DNA of 64,000 nucleotides from Anthoceros angustus (Eukaryota > Plantae > Anthocerotophyta), in assembly GCA_010909165.1 (NCBI GenBank), contig VJWM01000044.1, positions 1,612,001 through 1,676,000 on the forward strand, given 5' to 3'. The notes beneath the pieces are model-generated. The model did not search any database. It had not been told where the DNA came from and saw only the letters and a program-made list of their open reading frames with translations. Shown here one piece after another: positions 23,020 through 34,885 of the stretch (position 1 is the stretch's first letter; each line of letters begins with the position of its first letter). The position numbers and the translations under genes are program-made.

Positions 23020-24657
23020 CTATTGCGGTGACATGTATGGGGACACCTTCTCTTCATTGTTGATTCCTTCAGTCAAGCTGTCGAGTGTATCGTATATTAC
23101 TTTTCTTTCAGTGTGCGTTTTCTCATCCATCACGAAAGAGTGTACCTGACAGTTTATTTCCAGCCAGCTGCGCCCTGGTTTCTTCTGCACTTCGGCTTGC
23201 CGCAGCCTCATTCTTGTGTCCATCTCTTCGTCCCACATTCCACATGCCGCATAGATGTTTGACATCAACACATAAGCAGCCACAGTTGTGTTATCCAGCT
23301 TCAAGATGGACTCAAAAGCCTGCTTTCCTAGCTCCACATTGCTGTGAGTTTGGCAGGCCCCCAAGAGAGACATCCACAATGCTATGTCAGGTGTTGCGGG
23401 CATCTGATGGAGGAAGTCCTCAGCCTCGGACAGATGCCCTGCTCGCCCAAGTAGGTCTACTATGCAAGCATAGTGCTCCAACTCTGGGGCAATACGATAG
23501 TCGTCACACATGGAGCGAAACAGGCAGATGCCCTGCTCCACCAAACCGGCATGGCTGCAGGCAGAAAGCAAACAAACAAATGTCACATTGTTTGGCTGGA
23601 CGCCCCCCTGCTGCATTTGCTCATACAACTGGAGAGCCTCCCAACACCGTCCGTGCTCAGCACATCCTGCGATCATTGTAGTCCAGGCAATCACATCCTT
23701 TTTCGACAATTTGTCGAACACTGCACGGGCATCTTCGATGCTCCCACAACTTGAATACATGTCCATGAGTGAGCTGCCAACTACAACGTCAGCCTCCATT
23801 CCCCTCTCCATAATCTCGGAGTGAATTGTCCTGCCCTGCTCGAGCGATGCTATACTAGAGCATGCTTTCAGGACACTGCAGAACGTCAGCCTGTCTGGTT
23901 CGAGTCCCTGTACAAGCATTTCCTTGAAGAGACGAAGTGCTTCTTGACCATGTCCATGCTGAGCGTATGCTGAAATCATGGCGGTCCATGATACTATGTT
24001 TTTTGATGGTAGCCTGAAAAACACATTCCGCGTGTCTTGAAGGCTCCCACATTTGGCATACATGTCAATAAGGGTGCTTCCAACAAACACATCAGACTCG
24101 TAGCCACTCTCTACTATATGGGCATGGATCAGCTTGCCCTGCTTCAAGCTTGCAGCATTGGTGCAGGCTTTCAGGGCAGCAACAAAGACATGCCCGTTCG
24201 GCTTCGTGCCAGAGTGTTGCACCCGTTGGTACAAACCAATGGCCTCCATGCTTCGCCCATTTCTGCCATGTGCCGAGATGATAGCAGCCCATGCAAAAGC
24301 ATCCGGTGATGATAGTTTGTCGAATGCTTGCTTTGCTTCCATCACGTTCCCAAAAGAAGCAAACATGTGAACCAGCTGGCCACCCACTGACGTGTTTGAC
24401 TCAAGACCATGTTGTTGAATCAGTGCTTGCGCTTGCCTCCCAGCTGCTATATCTTTCTTCTGAGTGCACTCTTGCACTAAAGCTTGTAGGAAGTGGCGAG
24501 AAAGACGCTCTGCCTTCTGATCCCACGGCTCAACAGGCTCAGAGGTCTTCCTGACCTGGCCATTATGTATTAGCCTGAATGAACTTCCAAATGGTGGAAG
24601 AGAACCAAATTTATCTTCACCCCTGCACAAAGGAACAGCTGTCTCAAAATATTGCAC
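23020..24657 (-). CDS. PLS-class pentatricopeptide repeat protein with E1/E2/E+ and no DYW; has no N-terminal ATG, probably exon 2 (24622-23020) of a larger gene
   Basis: VFVGSTLIDMYAKCGSL, IVSWTAMISAYAQHG, ACSHAGLV, HYACIVDLLGRAG, WMSLLGAC, YVLMSNIYA, KKPGRSWLEI..VHSF; ORF opens on GTG. Confidence 0.9.
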   Translation of the reverse strand: MQYFETAVPLCRGEDKFGSLPPFGSSFRLIHNGQVRKTSEPVEPWDQKAERLSRHFLQALVQECTQKKDIAAGRQAQALIQQHGLESNTSVGGQLVHMFASFGNVMEAKQAFDKLSSPDAFAWAAIISAHGRNGRSMEAIGLYQRVQHSGTKPNGHVFVAALKACTNAASLKQGKLIHAHIVESGYESDVFVGSTLIDMYAKCGSLQDTRNVFFRLPSKNIVSWTAMISAYAQHGHGQEALRLFKEMLVQGLEPDRLTFCSVLKACSSIASLEQGRTIHSEIMERGMEADVVVGSSLMDMYSSCGSIEDARAVFDKLSKKDVIAWTTMIAGCAEHGRCWEALQLYEQMQQGGVQPNNVTFVCLLSACSHAGLVEQGICLFRSMCDDYRIAPELEHYACIVDLLGRAGHLSEAEDFLHQMPATPDIALWMSLLGACQTHSNVELGKQAFESILKLDNTTVAAYVLMSNIYAACGMWDEEMDTRMRLRQAEVQKKPGRSWLEINCQVHSFVMDEKTHTERKVIYDTLDSLTEGINNEEKVSPYMSPQ

Positions 24658-24729
24658 TTAAATCATATGGAAGGGACATCTACCTTCTCAGTGTAAAAAG
24701 AGAGCTCCAGTACCTTTGCTAATTCTGTT

Positions 24730-25563
24730 TCAGACCTCGCACCTGGAATTTCCAACCATCGCAGTCAGTCTCTTAAGCTCCAGGAGGACTGATTCTGTCC
24801 CACTATGTGTCATGTCTCCAGCGAGGGAAGCATGCACTTCATTGTTGACCGATATCCAGCTACGCCCTGGCACCTTCCTCAGTCCTGCGTCTTGCATCTC
24901 TTTCCTGGTGCTTGCTGCATCATCTTGTTTACCAGCAGCAGTATAGAGGTTTGAGACTAGCACATGAGCTGCACGATTCTTGGGTTCCAGTTTAGGGACG
25001 TTGTGGAAGGCACGCCTTCCTATGTCCAGATTTTTAATAGTTTTACAGGCACCAAGCAGCGACAACCACATCACAGCATCAGGTTGGAAAGGCATATTGT
25101 TACTGATGTGTTCTGCCTGCTGGAGGTGGCCAGCTCGACTGAGCAAACCTGCCATGCCCGCATAGTGCTGAATAGTTGGTTGAATGCCAAAATCCTGGTT
25201 GACGGAATCAAAAAGCTGGTGCCCTTCATCAACTAAACCAGCATGGCAGCAGGCAGCCAGGGCAGAAACAAGCGTGATACCATCAGGTTTGAAACCCTCT
25301 TTCTCCACCTGTCGAAATAGTTCAAGGGCTTCACTGCTGAGGCCACGCTGGACATAGCCTCCTGGATCGAATTTTTTGTATTCCGTCGCAACGCTGCACG
25401 CGCTAATCCCCTGGACTTGCAGGCATGACTTGGTTGTCAATCTGGTTCCTCCAATCCTGCACCCCACGAAACGATCACTGGAGTAAACTCCACCGCTGCT
25501 CCAGCTCTTGCGACAAGACCGCACAAGTACAGACAGCCAAACTGTACATTGTCTCTCTGCCAT
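24730..25563 (-). CDS. Short PLS-PPR module (putative transit peptide + P2-L2-S2-E1-E2-E+), probably exon 1 of the fused PPR gene
   Basis: Ser/Arg/Cys-rich N-terminus, EALELFRQV..EGFKPDGIT, ACCHAGLVDEG, WLSLLGAC, VLVSNLY, KVPGRSWI. Confidence 0.75.
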   Translation of the reverse strand: MAERQCTVWLSVLVRSCRKSWSSGGVYSSDRFVGCRIGGTRLTTKSCLQVQGISACSVATEYKKFDPGGYVQRGLSSEALELFRQVEKEGFKPDGITLVSALAACCHAGLVDEGHQLFDSVNQDFGIQPTIQHYAGMAGLLSRAGHLQQAEHISNNMPFQPDAVMWLSLLGACKTIKNLDIGRRAFHNVPKLEPKNRAAHVLVSNLYTAAGKQDDAASTRKEMQDAGLRKVPGRSWISVNNEVHASLAGDMTHSGTESVLLELKRLTAMVGNSRCEV

Positions 25564-25920
25564 CTCCCAACGTTCTGTGAACCTGCATATGTAGTCCTTG
25601 GCCAGCCACCGACACCAGAACCGACTGCGTGAATCCTGAACCTACATAAACCTCCCCAGCACATCATACGCCTGATTAATTTAACATGCCGTGACCCCCA
25701 TTACATAGACCTAGGATAAGCCCTAAACGAACGACAGTCTGCCGATACTCCGTTTGCGATACTCTTCACATTGCGACGTCGTTGTTTGGGGAAACAGGTG
25801 ATGCAGCCATGAAGGTGATGGAGGCATGCGGGCCTGCGGGAAACGAGAGCAGACACTGGACTTGTTTTTCTTGACGGGATCTGCATCTCCAGGCGCGCAC
25901 AGTGCACGTTCTGGCGCTCT

Positions 25921-26319
25921 ATGATGGCAGCTCGTATGAAGGAGCTGTTTGCCAAATATGGGAGAGTCGCAGTGGCTGTGCATCTGTCAGTATCCGCGGT
26001 GTCCGTCACGGGGTTCTATGTGGCCATCCAGAGCAAAGTAGATGTGGGACCTGTGCTGGAGAAGATAGGGCTTATCAGCCGGAAGGAAGCACAGAACGTG
26101 TCTGATGCGTCGAAGCCGGATGGCTCCGTGGACGGCGTTGGCGAGACGAGGAGCAGAAAGGAAGGAAGCCCTGCAGCAGCTGCATCAACAGGGGGTGCTT
26201 TGGCTTTGGCTATTTTGTGCAACAAGGCGTTGTTCCCAGTGAGAGTGCCCTTGACTGTAGCTCTCACGCCTCCCATTGCGCGGTTTCTGGCTCGCAGAAG
26301 GCTGTACAAGAGCGTATGA
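25921..26319 (+). CDS. DUF1279 / FAM210-like small membrane protein
   Basis: MKELFAKYGRVAVAVHLSVS...FYVAI..VDV, GGALALAILCNKALFPVRVPLTVALTPPIARFL. Confidence 0.85.
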   Translation: MMAARMKELFAKYGRVAVAVHLSVSAVSVTGFYVAIQSKVDVGPVLEKIGLISRKEAQNVSDASKPDGSVDGVGETRSRKEGSPAAAASTGGALALAILCNKALFPVRVPLTVALTPPIARFLARRRLYKSV

Positions 26320-26803
26320 AGCGGATGCAACCTACAGTGTTGGAACTAAAAGCCCATGAGCTTGGCAAATTTTGCAGACTGTAAGGAGATTTGCAAAAGG
26401 AAAGTGGCCAGCCATGTTTTTGGTTCTACAGGGAGTCGGAATGATGGATTTTGGGAGCGGCGGACTCGCCGACTCACGCGGAGCCACATCGAGGCATACA
26501 AGTGTTATCTCCTGCTGGGGCTCGGCTTCTTGCGTTGGATAAATTGGAGAGCTATGGAAGCCTAGCCTCCCTTGTCGGATGTAACTTCAGACGAGAACAG
26601 AAGGGCCCATTTGTTCTAAATTTGCTCTCGTCGGACTTGTAGTGACGATGCGGCATGCTGTTCATGTGAATTCCAACTTATTCCGGTTCTCACCAATGAC
26701 TGATGGTTCACATCATCCGAGTATGGAAATTGGAAAGACCTTCGCCTGAGCTTTCCTTGTAGGAACATAACTGTACTCGACTCCTTCACCTTGTTCGGCT
26801 CGT

Positions 26804-28730
26804 TCAGGCGATGTAACTCTTGATCACGCCCATCATCTCGCTACCTGGAAAGCGACCCAGACATCCCCTCGCTGCAGCGGTCTCGCTGAACCTTGTGACT
26901 GAATCTCCAGCTACTGGTATACGAGTTTGTTCGTCCAAATCGTTGAGCTGAGACTGCAAATCTTCAAAATCATTTAGTGGCGCCTCATCCTTTGCTATAG
27001 GTAGGCTGAACGGAGCCAGAGAAGTGGCGAGAACTGTGGACTCCCCTCGAGCTGCAACGAAGTCCTTGAGATGACAGATTGTGAAAGGCACTGGCTCGAA
27101 GCTGTGATCACCGTACTCCACTGGACTTGAGTGGTCTCCAGTTATGGCGATACTGTACTCAAATGTTCCACTCTTCTCAATTTTCCAAAGCATGGCTGCA
27201 AGTTGGGCGACCATTGTGTCCACAGCTTCAAAAGCTTTCACCTTCAAATACAATGCCTTGTCATGGCTGGCATCATCGATGGCCTGAATAACGAATTAAC
27301 AACACAATCGCTCAGCTATCAGTTAGGCATTGCTATACTCACGAAAAATCTGCTCAAGTAGCAACTACGTAGGCCTGCCCAACAGCTGCCTCTCCATCAG
27401 ATTAAGTACCTTGATGTGAAGGAAACCGAAATCATAGCCCTGTGGCCACCCGGGTTTAGTTTCTTCTTCCCCAGGGACCATTATTGAAGGAGGAGATTGG
27501 AGTGGAGCTGACAGTGCTCTAGAAATAGCAGCTGCTTTGGACGTGAGAAGCGTTCTGTAGTCTCCTGTCGCTCCTGGAGCGTGAAGTATGTCAATCCCTA
27601 GAGAAAGACCGAGTCCAGCAATTATCTTGGTGGGAGCAACCATACATGGGCGAAGCCCATGTGTTGCCAGGAAGGTTGGTACCTGGAAGTGGTTGACAAA
27701 CGCTGTTCTTATCTTGAGACCCAATTGAGAAGAATTAAAATCATGAGAAACAGGTAAGGCTGAAGAAGTACCTCTATTCGGATCCCACAGCCACGCAACA
27801 AGACTACGTTAGCTATAGCCTTCCCATTGGAAGCCCTCTCGGCATTTAAAGAATGAGCAGATAGAATTCGTCTAATTTCATCAGAGAGCTCATTGACTAC
27901 TGCCGCAGTGCGTTTTGCTTCAGGAGTGTCATCAAGTGGTGCCACTGAAAGAAGCAAGCGATTGTCCTTCAGCGGGTCGGTCCCACATATGCTTCCGCTC
28001 AAATTCGGACCACTGACCACAACACCACACCTGTGCTCAGTAGCATACCTGCATGGATGAAGTCATCAGTCAGTACCCCATGACACGCATCTCTGCAGCC
28101 ATATCAGGTACCAGCTAGAAAGAGTAGGTCACAGGATGTTCACCATACCTAACTCGAACCTTGCATTCAGGGAAAGATGGAAGTTTCAGCCCGTCCAGAG
28201 CTGCACACAAAACAGGCCCTTCCTCTTCGAAATGTCGATCTGCTCTTCTGCTGGTGACGACTTCGGTGGCGTCATCAATGGTTGCAAAATTGCTCTGTAC
28301 AAAAACAGGCGTAAGTCTCGAATTGAATGGGAGCTCATGTGCATTCCTAGGACGCCTGGTAACCATTGCATCCGTAGAATCTGCATGCCAAATCCGTAAA
28401 TACCTTGAAAGCAATATCACCAGGACACATGGGAATGCCAGCTCCTAGGGACTCAAAAGCTCCCCTTCCCTTGTAGTGCAGCCGCGGATTGTATCCCAAT
28501 AAGGAAAGGTGAGCAGTGTCACTGCCGCAAGCCAGACCGGGTTCCACAGGGTCCATGAGCCCGCTCAGACCGGCAGATGCAATGGCATCCAAGTTCGGAG
28601 TCTTGGCAGTCTCCAGAGGAGTCCTGAATCCCAAAGACGGCACAGAAACGTCTGCAATTCCATCTACAAGTATAAAAGCTACTCGCCTTCGTTTCCCAGC
28701 CTGCGCATTTTCCTCCGCCTGCACCCCCAT
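26804..28730 (-). CDS. 2,3-bisphosphoglycerate-independent phosphoglycerate mutase, archaeal (ApgM) type, 5 exons
   Basis: FILVDGIAD, TPNLD, GLACGSDTAHLSLLGYNP, GRGAFESLGAG, YATEHRC, TDPLKD, ANVVLLRG, GATGD, FLHIKAIDDASHD, TGDHSSP...DHSFEPVP. Confidence 0.93.
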
Positions 28731-31700
28731 GATTACTTGAATCTGGATGAACCTGTCCCCCAGATGGATTTGCGGAGCTCTGCGTGAAACGAAACCTGGA
28801 GCTCAAAGCTGTGAGCACGAGGCTAGCAGATCTGGTCTTCTAAAGCTTTGCACAGGACATCCACCGTATTTATAAAACCTTTCTCTGTATATTGGCATAA
28901 TTGATCCACCAATAGAGGGACAATAAGGGGCCTTAAAGTTGGGTGTTGGGTTCCGCAATGAATCGGGAATCCCGTTTAAGGGTACGAAATAGGTTCGGTG
29001 TCCCCATCCGGAGCGCGCGAGACGGGACCCGTTCGTGTGCACTTATTTACTGAATTCCCGTTTCCTTAACTCCAGAACGCCCGCGGGGTCTGGCCTTTTT
29101 TCTGAGTGATATTCGGTTAGAAATGGTTTAGGGTCTTTTCTTGATCGATGTATTTAATATTTAATACATCCAAAATAAGAGTAACCATCTCCGAGGCCCG
29201 CTCTTTGCAACGCGGCATAGATGACCCTCATTGCATGAAAAGCTGCTCCTTTTGTCTGATTAGAAACGATCCATACCATTGTGCGAGGGGAACTTTGTTG
29301 CCTGGTTTACATGTTTCCGAGATCGACATAGCCATTTCTACGTATCATTGGAAAGCTGCGCTCCGATTCCATATGAAAACTTTTTAACCACAAACATATT
29401 TACCTAGGAGGCTAAGCGTTATGAACTCCTAAAACCTTAAAGAATGCTCCACCCTCAAGAAGCTCCTAACTCGAATCGACAAAAAAAAAAAAAGACCAGT
29501 GCAAAATTCTGGGATGGCACGCAACCATGGCTGCGGCACCAAACCCCTTCTCTCATCGATCCTCATGATGTTTGAAGCGAGGACATGTTAGCCCATAAAA
29601 CTATGGTCATCGAGGGCTGTGGCGATTCTGAGGGCTTCGACTCTTGATTCTTAGCCCCGCGAGGGCGATGGTGGGTTTAAGTAACACATCCACTGATGGG
29701 CCTCTCTCGGCGGGAGCAATGTACACAAAGAAAAAGATTTTTTTGTTTGCCTATGTTTTTGTAAGTACGGGAAAAGCACCCTCAAAGTCTCAATTTGATA
29801 CCGTTGGGCGTTCTGGAGTTATATGGGAAAGGGTTCATGGAAATGCATCCTTCAGCCATTGGCGCTCAACGAAGGAAAAAGGAAATCATAATACATATTG
29901 CAATAAGAATGTTGATACCTTGTTTCTTTCATGGTATGCTTCTATGCATTATAGTAGGCCTCGTTGACAGGAAGAAGCTAATATCAGGCATATGTCTAGC
30001 AATCCAAGGAATCCCAATCGTCAAAACCGTGAGTTGTTGGAGAACGTATTATGAAAACGGATCAGGTTGTATGCATGGAAACTGCGAATCATGAATCACT
30101 AGAAGGAGATAAGTATCCCCTCCTCACAACCTGCTAGTAGGTTTACACGACTAGTGTTAGGCACATGTACTAAGGAAATAGCAGGGTGTCATACCATCAG
30201 CTTCCGTTCATACAAGTGGTCACCTAAGTCAACTCGTCAGGCTAGCAAGCTTTTTGAAAGAACAAAGGGCATGTGAGCAGCACTTCATGAGACAGATAAC
30301 TGGACTGATTGGGCTCCTGGTTCACGTTTAGCAGCAATAACGCATGCTTAACTCAACAGTCACGAAGTCATGCAACAAAAAATGACCAGACTCCCTAGCT
30401 GGACACATATAGTTCTTGCTTCATGGGCAGCAACGGAAAGCAAAAAAGGGGCAAGCTATGCAAGCTTGCGTGTCAACGAGCAAGTCATCAAAGTTCTCAG
30501 CACAAAGGAAACAGTTAGGAGGCCTAAGGGCAATGCCCTACAATTTGCAAAGCCTCAAATTATAGAATATGGGTAGCATATTTTAGTCTCTAATTAGCTC
30601 ATTTCCCTAATACATTTTAACAAACATCTGCCTCACCAAGACCAAGGCAATCCAGCACATAACAGAATAAATATTAAACCACTCTTCGTCAGCCATGGTG
30701 GGGACGCAGATTCTTTTAGAGCTCAGCTAGCATTGAAGGCCGTTTCTTCATATGTTTTTAACATAATGTCGCGGCTGTGAGTTTGCCTTATCGAGAACCT
30801 CTCCTTATTGGGGACCAACACTCTGTAAAATAATACTATTAAAGTGAATATATATATATACTACCTATCATAAAGAACCCTTAAGTCCATCCGGTTTGGC
30901 ATCACGTTTGCAGGCAATGGAGTACGGCGTACCGATTTCATTTCCCCACTTTTTTTAGGGTTGTGGTTGGAAGTTTTGCGGCGGGAAACCATACGCCTTG
31001 ACGACATGGACCATTGGGGTCTTCAGTCCGCGTACCGTTATGGTCACCGGGTGATACAATAATGCTTTTGTGATATATATATAATTTTTTTAGGTTTAGA
31101 GTTTAGAGTTACGTGATGTGCAAAGATGTGGTCATGCTCACAAATTGCGAGTAGGCTTGCCACCATCTTCACCTTATAGACGGTGCAATGGACTTCTTGA
31201 CTGAAGTGGCGGAAAAATGTGAAACCTCAAGACGTTGTGCACCCAAATAGACGGCCTGATGGACAAGTTCTCCACTTCCGCAGATGACACACAACCAAGG
31301 GAAGCCATACAGTAACCACACCTGTTACGTTTATGGACTACATGAACGCAGCTAGGCCTCCTCCTCGAACCCATGCGAGCCTCTGAGAGACGTTTCAGGT
31401 TTGGTGCACCTCCCCCCTTTCTTTCCCATTGCACTCTTCCCCCTCTTTTCCCTTTCATTCCAGGGATGCAACTCGCTCCCCGTACAATTTTACATGTAGC
31501 TGCACCTCGGCTTCCATGGCACAGAGGATACCTTCGGTATTTGCAACTTTCCCTTCTGGTTTGCAGGTACCTCCTACTAGAATTGTAGAGTTTGCAACTC
31601 TTTCTCCTCAGGCTGCATAGAAGAAGTCTCCAAAATCTCATGTAGCCTAATAACTCAGTTTTGCAGCCTAAGAGCCTGTATCTGCAGCCTAGCTGGACCC

Positions 31701-32599
31701 TAGTTCTACAACGAAGATGGAGCTTTGTTCCTAATCATAGGAGGATGGTGGACCTGTTCTCAGGCTCTTCCGCGAATAAGGGGTAAATGCGGGTGGGAAG
31801 CGTGGAGGATGCAGCACGTAGGATGTAGAAGAATCTTTTCAGCCCTCTTATTATGAGGTGAGAGTACAGACTGTTTCGAGTTGTTTTTATTGAATGGAGG
31901 CATGGGCTCAGCCGTATTGTATTTTGGTCACATATGTTATGAGCACTTTTGCATTCCCCCATTGGACTCTTCAAGAATTGCTATTCAAGTAGACTTCTAC
32001 AGTTTGCCTGGAAGCCCGCTGAATGCTGACAGAAAGGACGCAGACGTTCTCTGGCTTGTCTATTCAGGCATTTGCAAGGGTTTGTCTGTCCGGGAAATTT
32101 CTGAGGCTTTGTCTTGCGAAATTAGAATCCTAGACCCAAGTTGTGTGATACAACTATGCCCGGGCTAATGTGATATGATAGAATGCTACAAAATTGGCCC
32201 GATTATGGGGGATGATACATATTACACACGGCAAAAATATATTCACATACACATTTCGAACCCTGACGAGAACGGTAGGAGCCCGCAGTCGTTGCAAGCT
32301 AACAAACGTCTTAGCAACACGGGAGTACGGGCCAGTGGGAACCAAAAATATCATGTGAGTTTTGAAAAATAATATACCGTAGCAATAAATCTTTCTCACA
32401 TATAACTTAACTTAACTTAAAGTAAATAATATTGGATAATTTCCACTACAAGATATTAAGTTGGTCACCCACAAGTTTAGGGAAGCTTGTTTGTGACCTT
32501 TTTGTTGTTTTTTGTGGAGCTAGCGCACCACCGGCTCGAGGTTGCACGAAGCCAGAAAGAGGTCTTCTAAACCGGTCAGCCGCGATGAGGCCGTCGCGA

Positions 32600-32941
32600 C
32601 TAGGCCACTAATGGCCAGGCCAAGTGTGATCCGCTGTCACGGCTAGAGCAACGTCAGCTAGGCCACTATTGGCCAGGCCAAGCGTGATCCGCCGTCGCGG
32701 CTAGAGCAACGTCAGCTAGGCCACTAATGGCCAGGCCAAGTGTGATCCGCTGTCACGGCTAGAGCAACGTCAACTAGGCCACTATTGGCCAGGCCAAGCG
32801 TGATCCGCCGTCGCGGCTAGAGCAACGTCAGCTAAGCCACTAATGGCCAGGCCAATTGTGATCCGCTGTCACGGCTAGAGCAACGTCAGCTAAGCCACTA
32901 ATGGCCAGGCCAGGCGTGATCCGCCATCGTGGCTAGGCCAC
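32600..32941. repeat. 58-bp tandem repeat, ~6 copies, alternating A/B variants
   Basis: cta(g/a)gccacta(a/t)tggccaggccaag(t/c)gtgatccgc(t/c)gtc(a/g)cggctagagcaacgtca at a 58-bp period. Confidence 0.93.
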
Positions 32942-33312
32942 TGACGTTGCTCCCTTCCTGAACGCCACTCACTATGGTTTCGCCTTCAACAATTGGTTGG
33001 GCAACATAGATACCCCGACGCATGGAAACAACAACAAGTCGGCGGATGTGTCTCGTCCAACACTGTAGCTGTTTCATGACTCATCGATATCCCTGCTCAG
33101 GTTTCAGCCATGGCTGTTGGCCACGCCTTGAGCTCTATCGTTTAGAGGCCAATCTTTGCTCTCTTGGGGCGCTCTTGGGTCACCAAGCCACGTGGCACGC
33201 CACATCAGCACAAAGAAGAAAAAACAAGTCACACAAGTTTTCTCCTGATGTGGGTGACGAGAATGGTATTCCATAGGTCAACTATGACTTGTCGATGTAA
33301 CGGATAAAAATA

Positions 33313-33615
33313 AAATAAAATAAAATATAATGCTAAAAGAGAGCTGCAAAGGAAGCAAACTGCAATATGAAAGGTCCTTTAAGTTCCCAAGGTTTTACAA
33401 GGGGTTAATCCTGTAAAATAAAATGTAATGCTAAAAGAGAGCTGCAAAGGGAGAAAACTGCAATATGAAAGGTCCTTTAAGTTCCCAGGGTTTTAGAAGG
33501 GGTTAACCCTGTAAAATAAAATGTAATGCTAAAAGAGAGCTGCAAAGGGAGCAAACTGCAATATGAAAGGTCCTTTAAGTTCCCAGGGTTTTAGGAGGGG
33601 TTAACCCTGTAAAAC
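33313..33615. repeat. ~99-bp tandem repeat x3 directly upstream of the methyltransferase ATG
   Basis: taatgctaaaagagagctgcaaagg...aatatgaaaggtcctttaagttccc...ggggttaa.cctgtaaaa three times. Confidence 0.93.
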
Positions 33616-33630
33616 CTGGGAGGGAGCGCC

Positions 33631-34885
33631 ATGGAGCCTGCAATGTTTTCCGCTTCTCAGCTCTTTGGCGGGTCAGGTGTTGTGACTGTGCCACAGTCTT
33701 CCAAATCTGAGCTCATGCCTGCCCGAGGGAGGCCACTACAATTGTGTCTGTTGTACTCACTTGTGGAGTTTGCATTTCCAGATGAAGATGTTTCGGCTGA
33801 CGATGGAGAGGGCTTGGCCTTTGTTGAAAGAGAACATACGTTTCCCGGAATGGTGATCTTTCGTGTGCTTGAAGCAGCCAAGCCCTCATTGTTTGATGCG
33901 GTTGACGGAAGAAGTCTCCAGCTTATGGAGTAGATATTTGTGCAGGGTTTGCGCATACGAGAGTTTTCTTTCCATCAAGTGAATGCCAACCTGTTGTGGC
34001 CAGGAACCATCGTTTTTGCTCAATGGCTGGTGGATCACAAGCACCTGCTGGAAGGGCGCCGTGTCCTGGAGCTGGGAAGGTTCTGTTGTGTGTTTGACGA
34101 TCCAGACTGGGCAGTCCTCCTGTAACCGTCGGTTTGCCCTAATGCTTGTATGTTCGCAATTTGCAGTGGAACCGGAGCGCTGTCTATTTTCTTAAGGAAG
34201 TCCTTTGGTGTGGAGCTTACCACTTGTGACTACGACGATGAGGAGATTGAGAGCAATATTGCTCATAACTTTGAGGCAAACGGCGAGCCCTGCGTACCGC
34301 ACATCCGACGTAAGATCTTTGTGACATTTTCTTTCCCTTCCCCTTTTTGTACTATGCTTGAGGAGTTTCTCTATAATTGGATCTGTCTTGCAGATACATG
34401 GGGGGAAATTTTTCCTGTAGCACATCCTCAATGGGATGTTATCATCGCAAGCGACATCCTTCTCTGTAAGTAGCGTTCCTCCTTTACCTTAACCCCTCAC
34501 CGTACCTTCAACTTTAAGGTCTGCGAAGCTGAATTTTCTTTGATGGGGTTGCCATGCCGCAGACGTGAAGCAATACCCAAACCTCATCAAAACTCTGTGC
34601 CATCTACTCCGAAGAGATGCTCGGGTGTGTGACACCTCCTTGCCCGCAGAGCATCCAGGCTATGATACCTGCAGAAGCGGCAGGGTGAGCCCCGAGCACG
34701 GTCTTGCCGAGCTGCCAGCTCCTTGCCTGCTCATGAGCTGGCGCCGGAGGATAGGGAAGCAGGAGGACAGCAGCTTCTTCTCCGGGTGCACCAAAGCGGG
34801 GTTGCAGGTGGCCGACCTGGGCTCTAGAGTGTACTGCATCAGTGTCTGGTGTGAAGGCCAGCGGGGTGCCACGGGATGCGATTGA
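33631..34885 (+). CDS. Class I SAM-dependent protein methyltransferase, METTL21/Methyltransf_16 family, 6 exons
   Basis: IREFSFHQVNANLLWPG, motif I VLELGSGTG across an intron, TWG, WDVIIASDILLY, LMSWRRR; GT-AG introns. Confidence 0.9.

Noticed and set aside
26804-28730. Archaeal-type iPGM as a recent horizontal transfer
   Set aside because: It has spliceosomal introns, and this family is already known in land plants
29100-32500. Short ORFs in the long intergenic stretch
   Set aside because: No recognisable domains, LTRs or TIRs; probably decayed repeat DNA, but I cannot classify it
32600-32941. CRISPR-like appearance of the regular 58-bp array (also the 29-bp array at 62657)
   Set aside because: Units are contiguous with no unique spacers, there are no cas genes, and the context is eukaryotic
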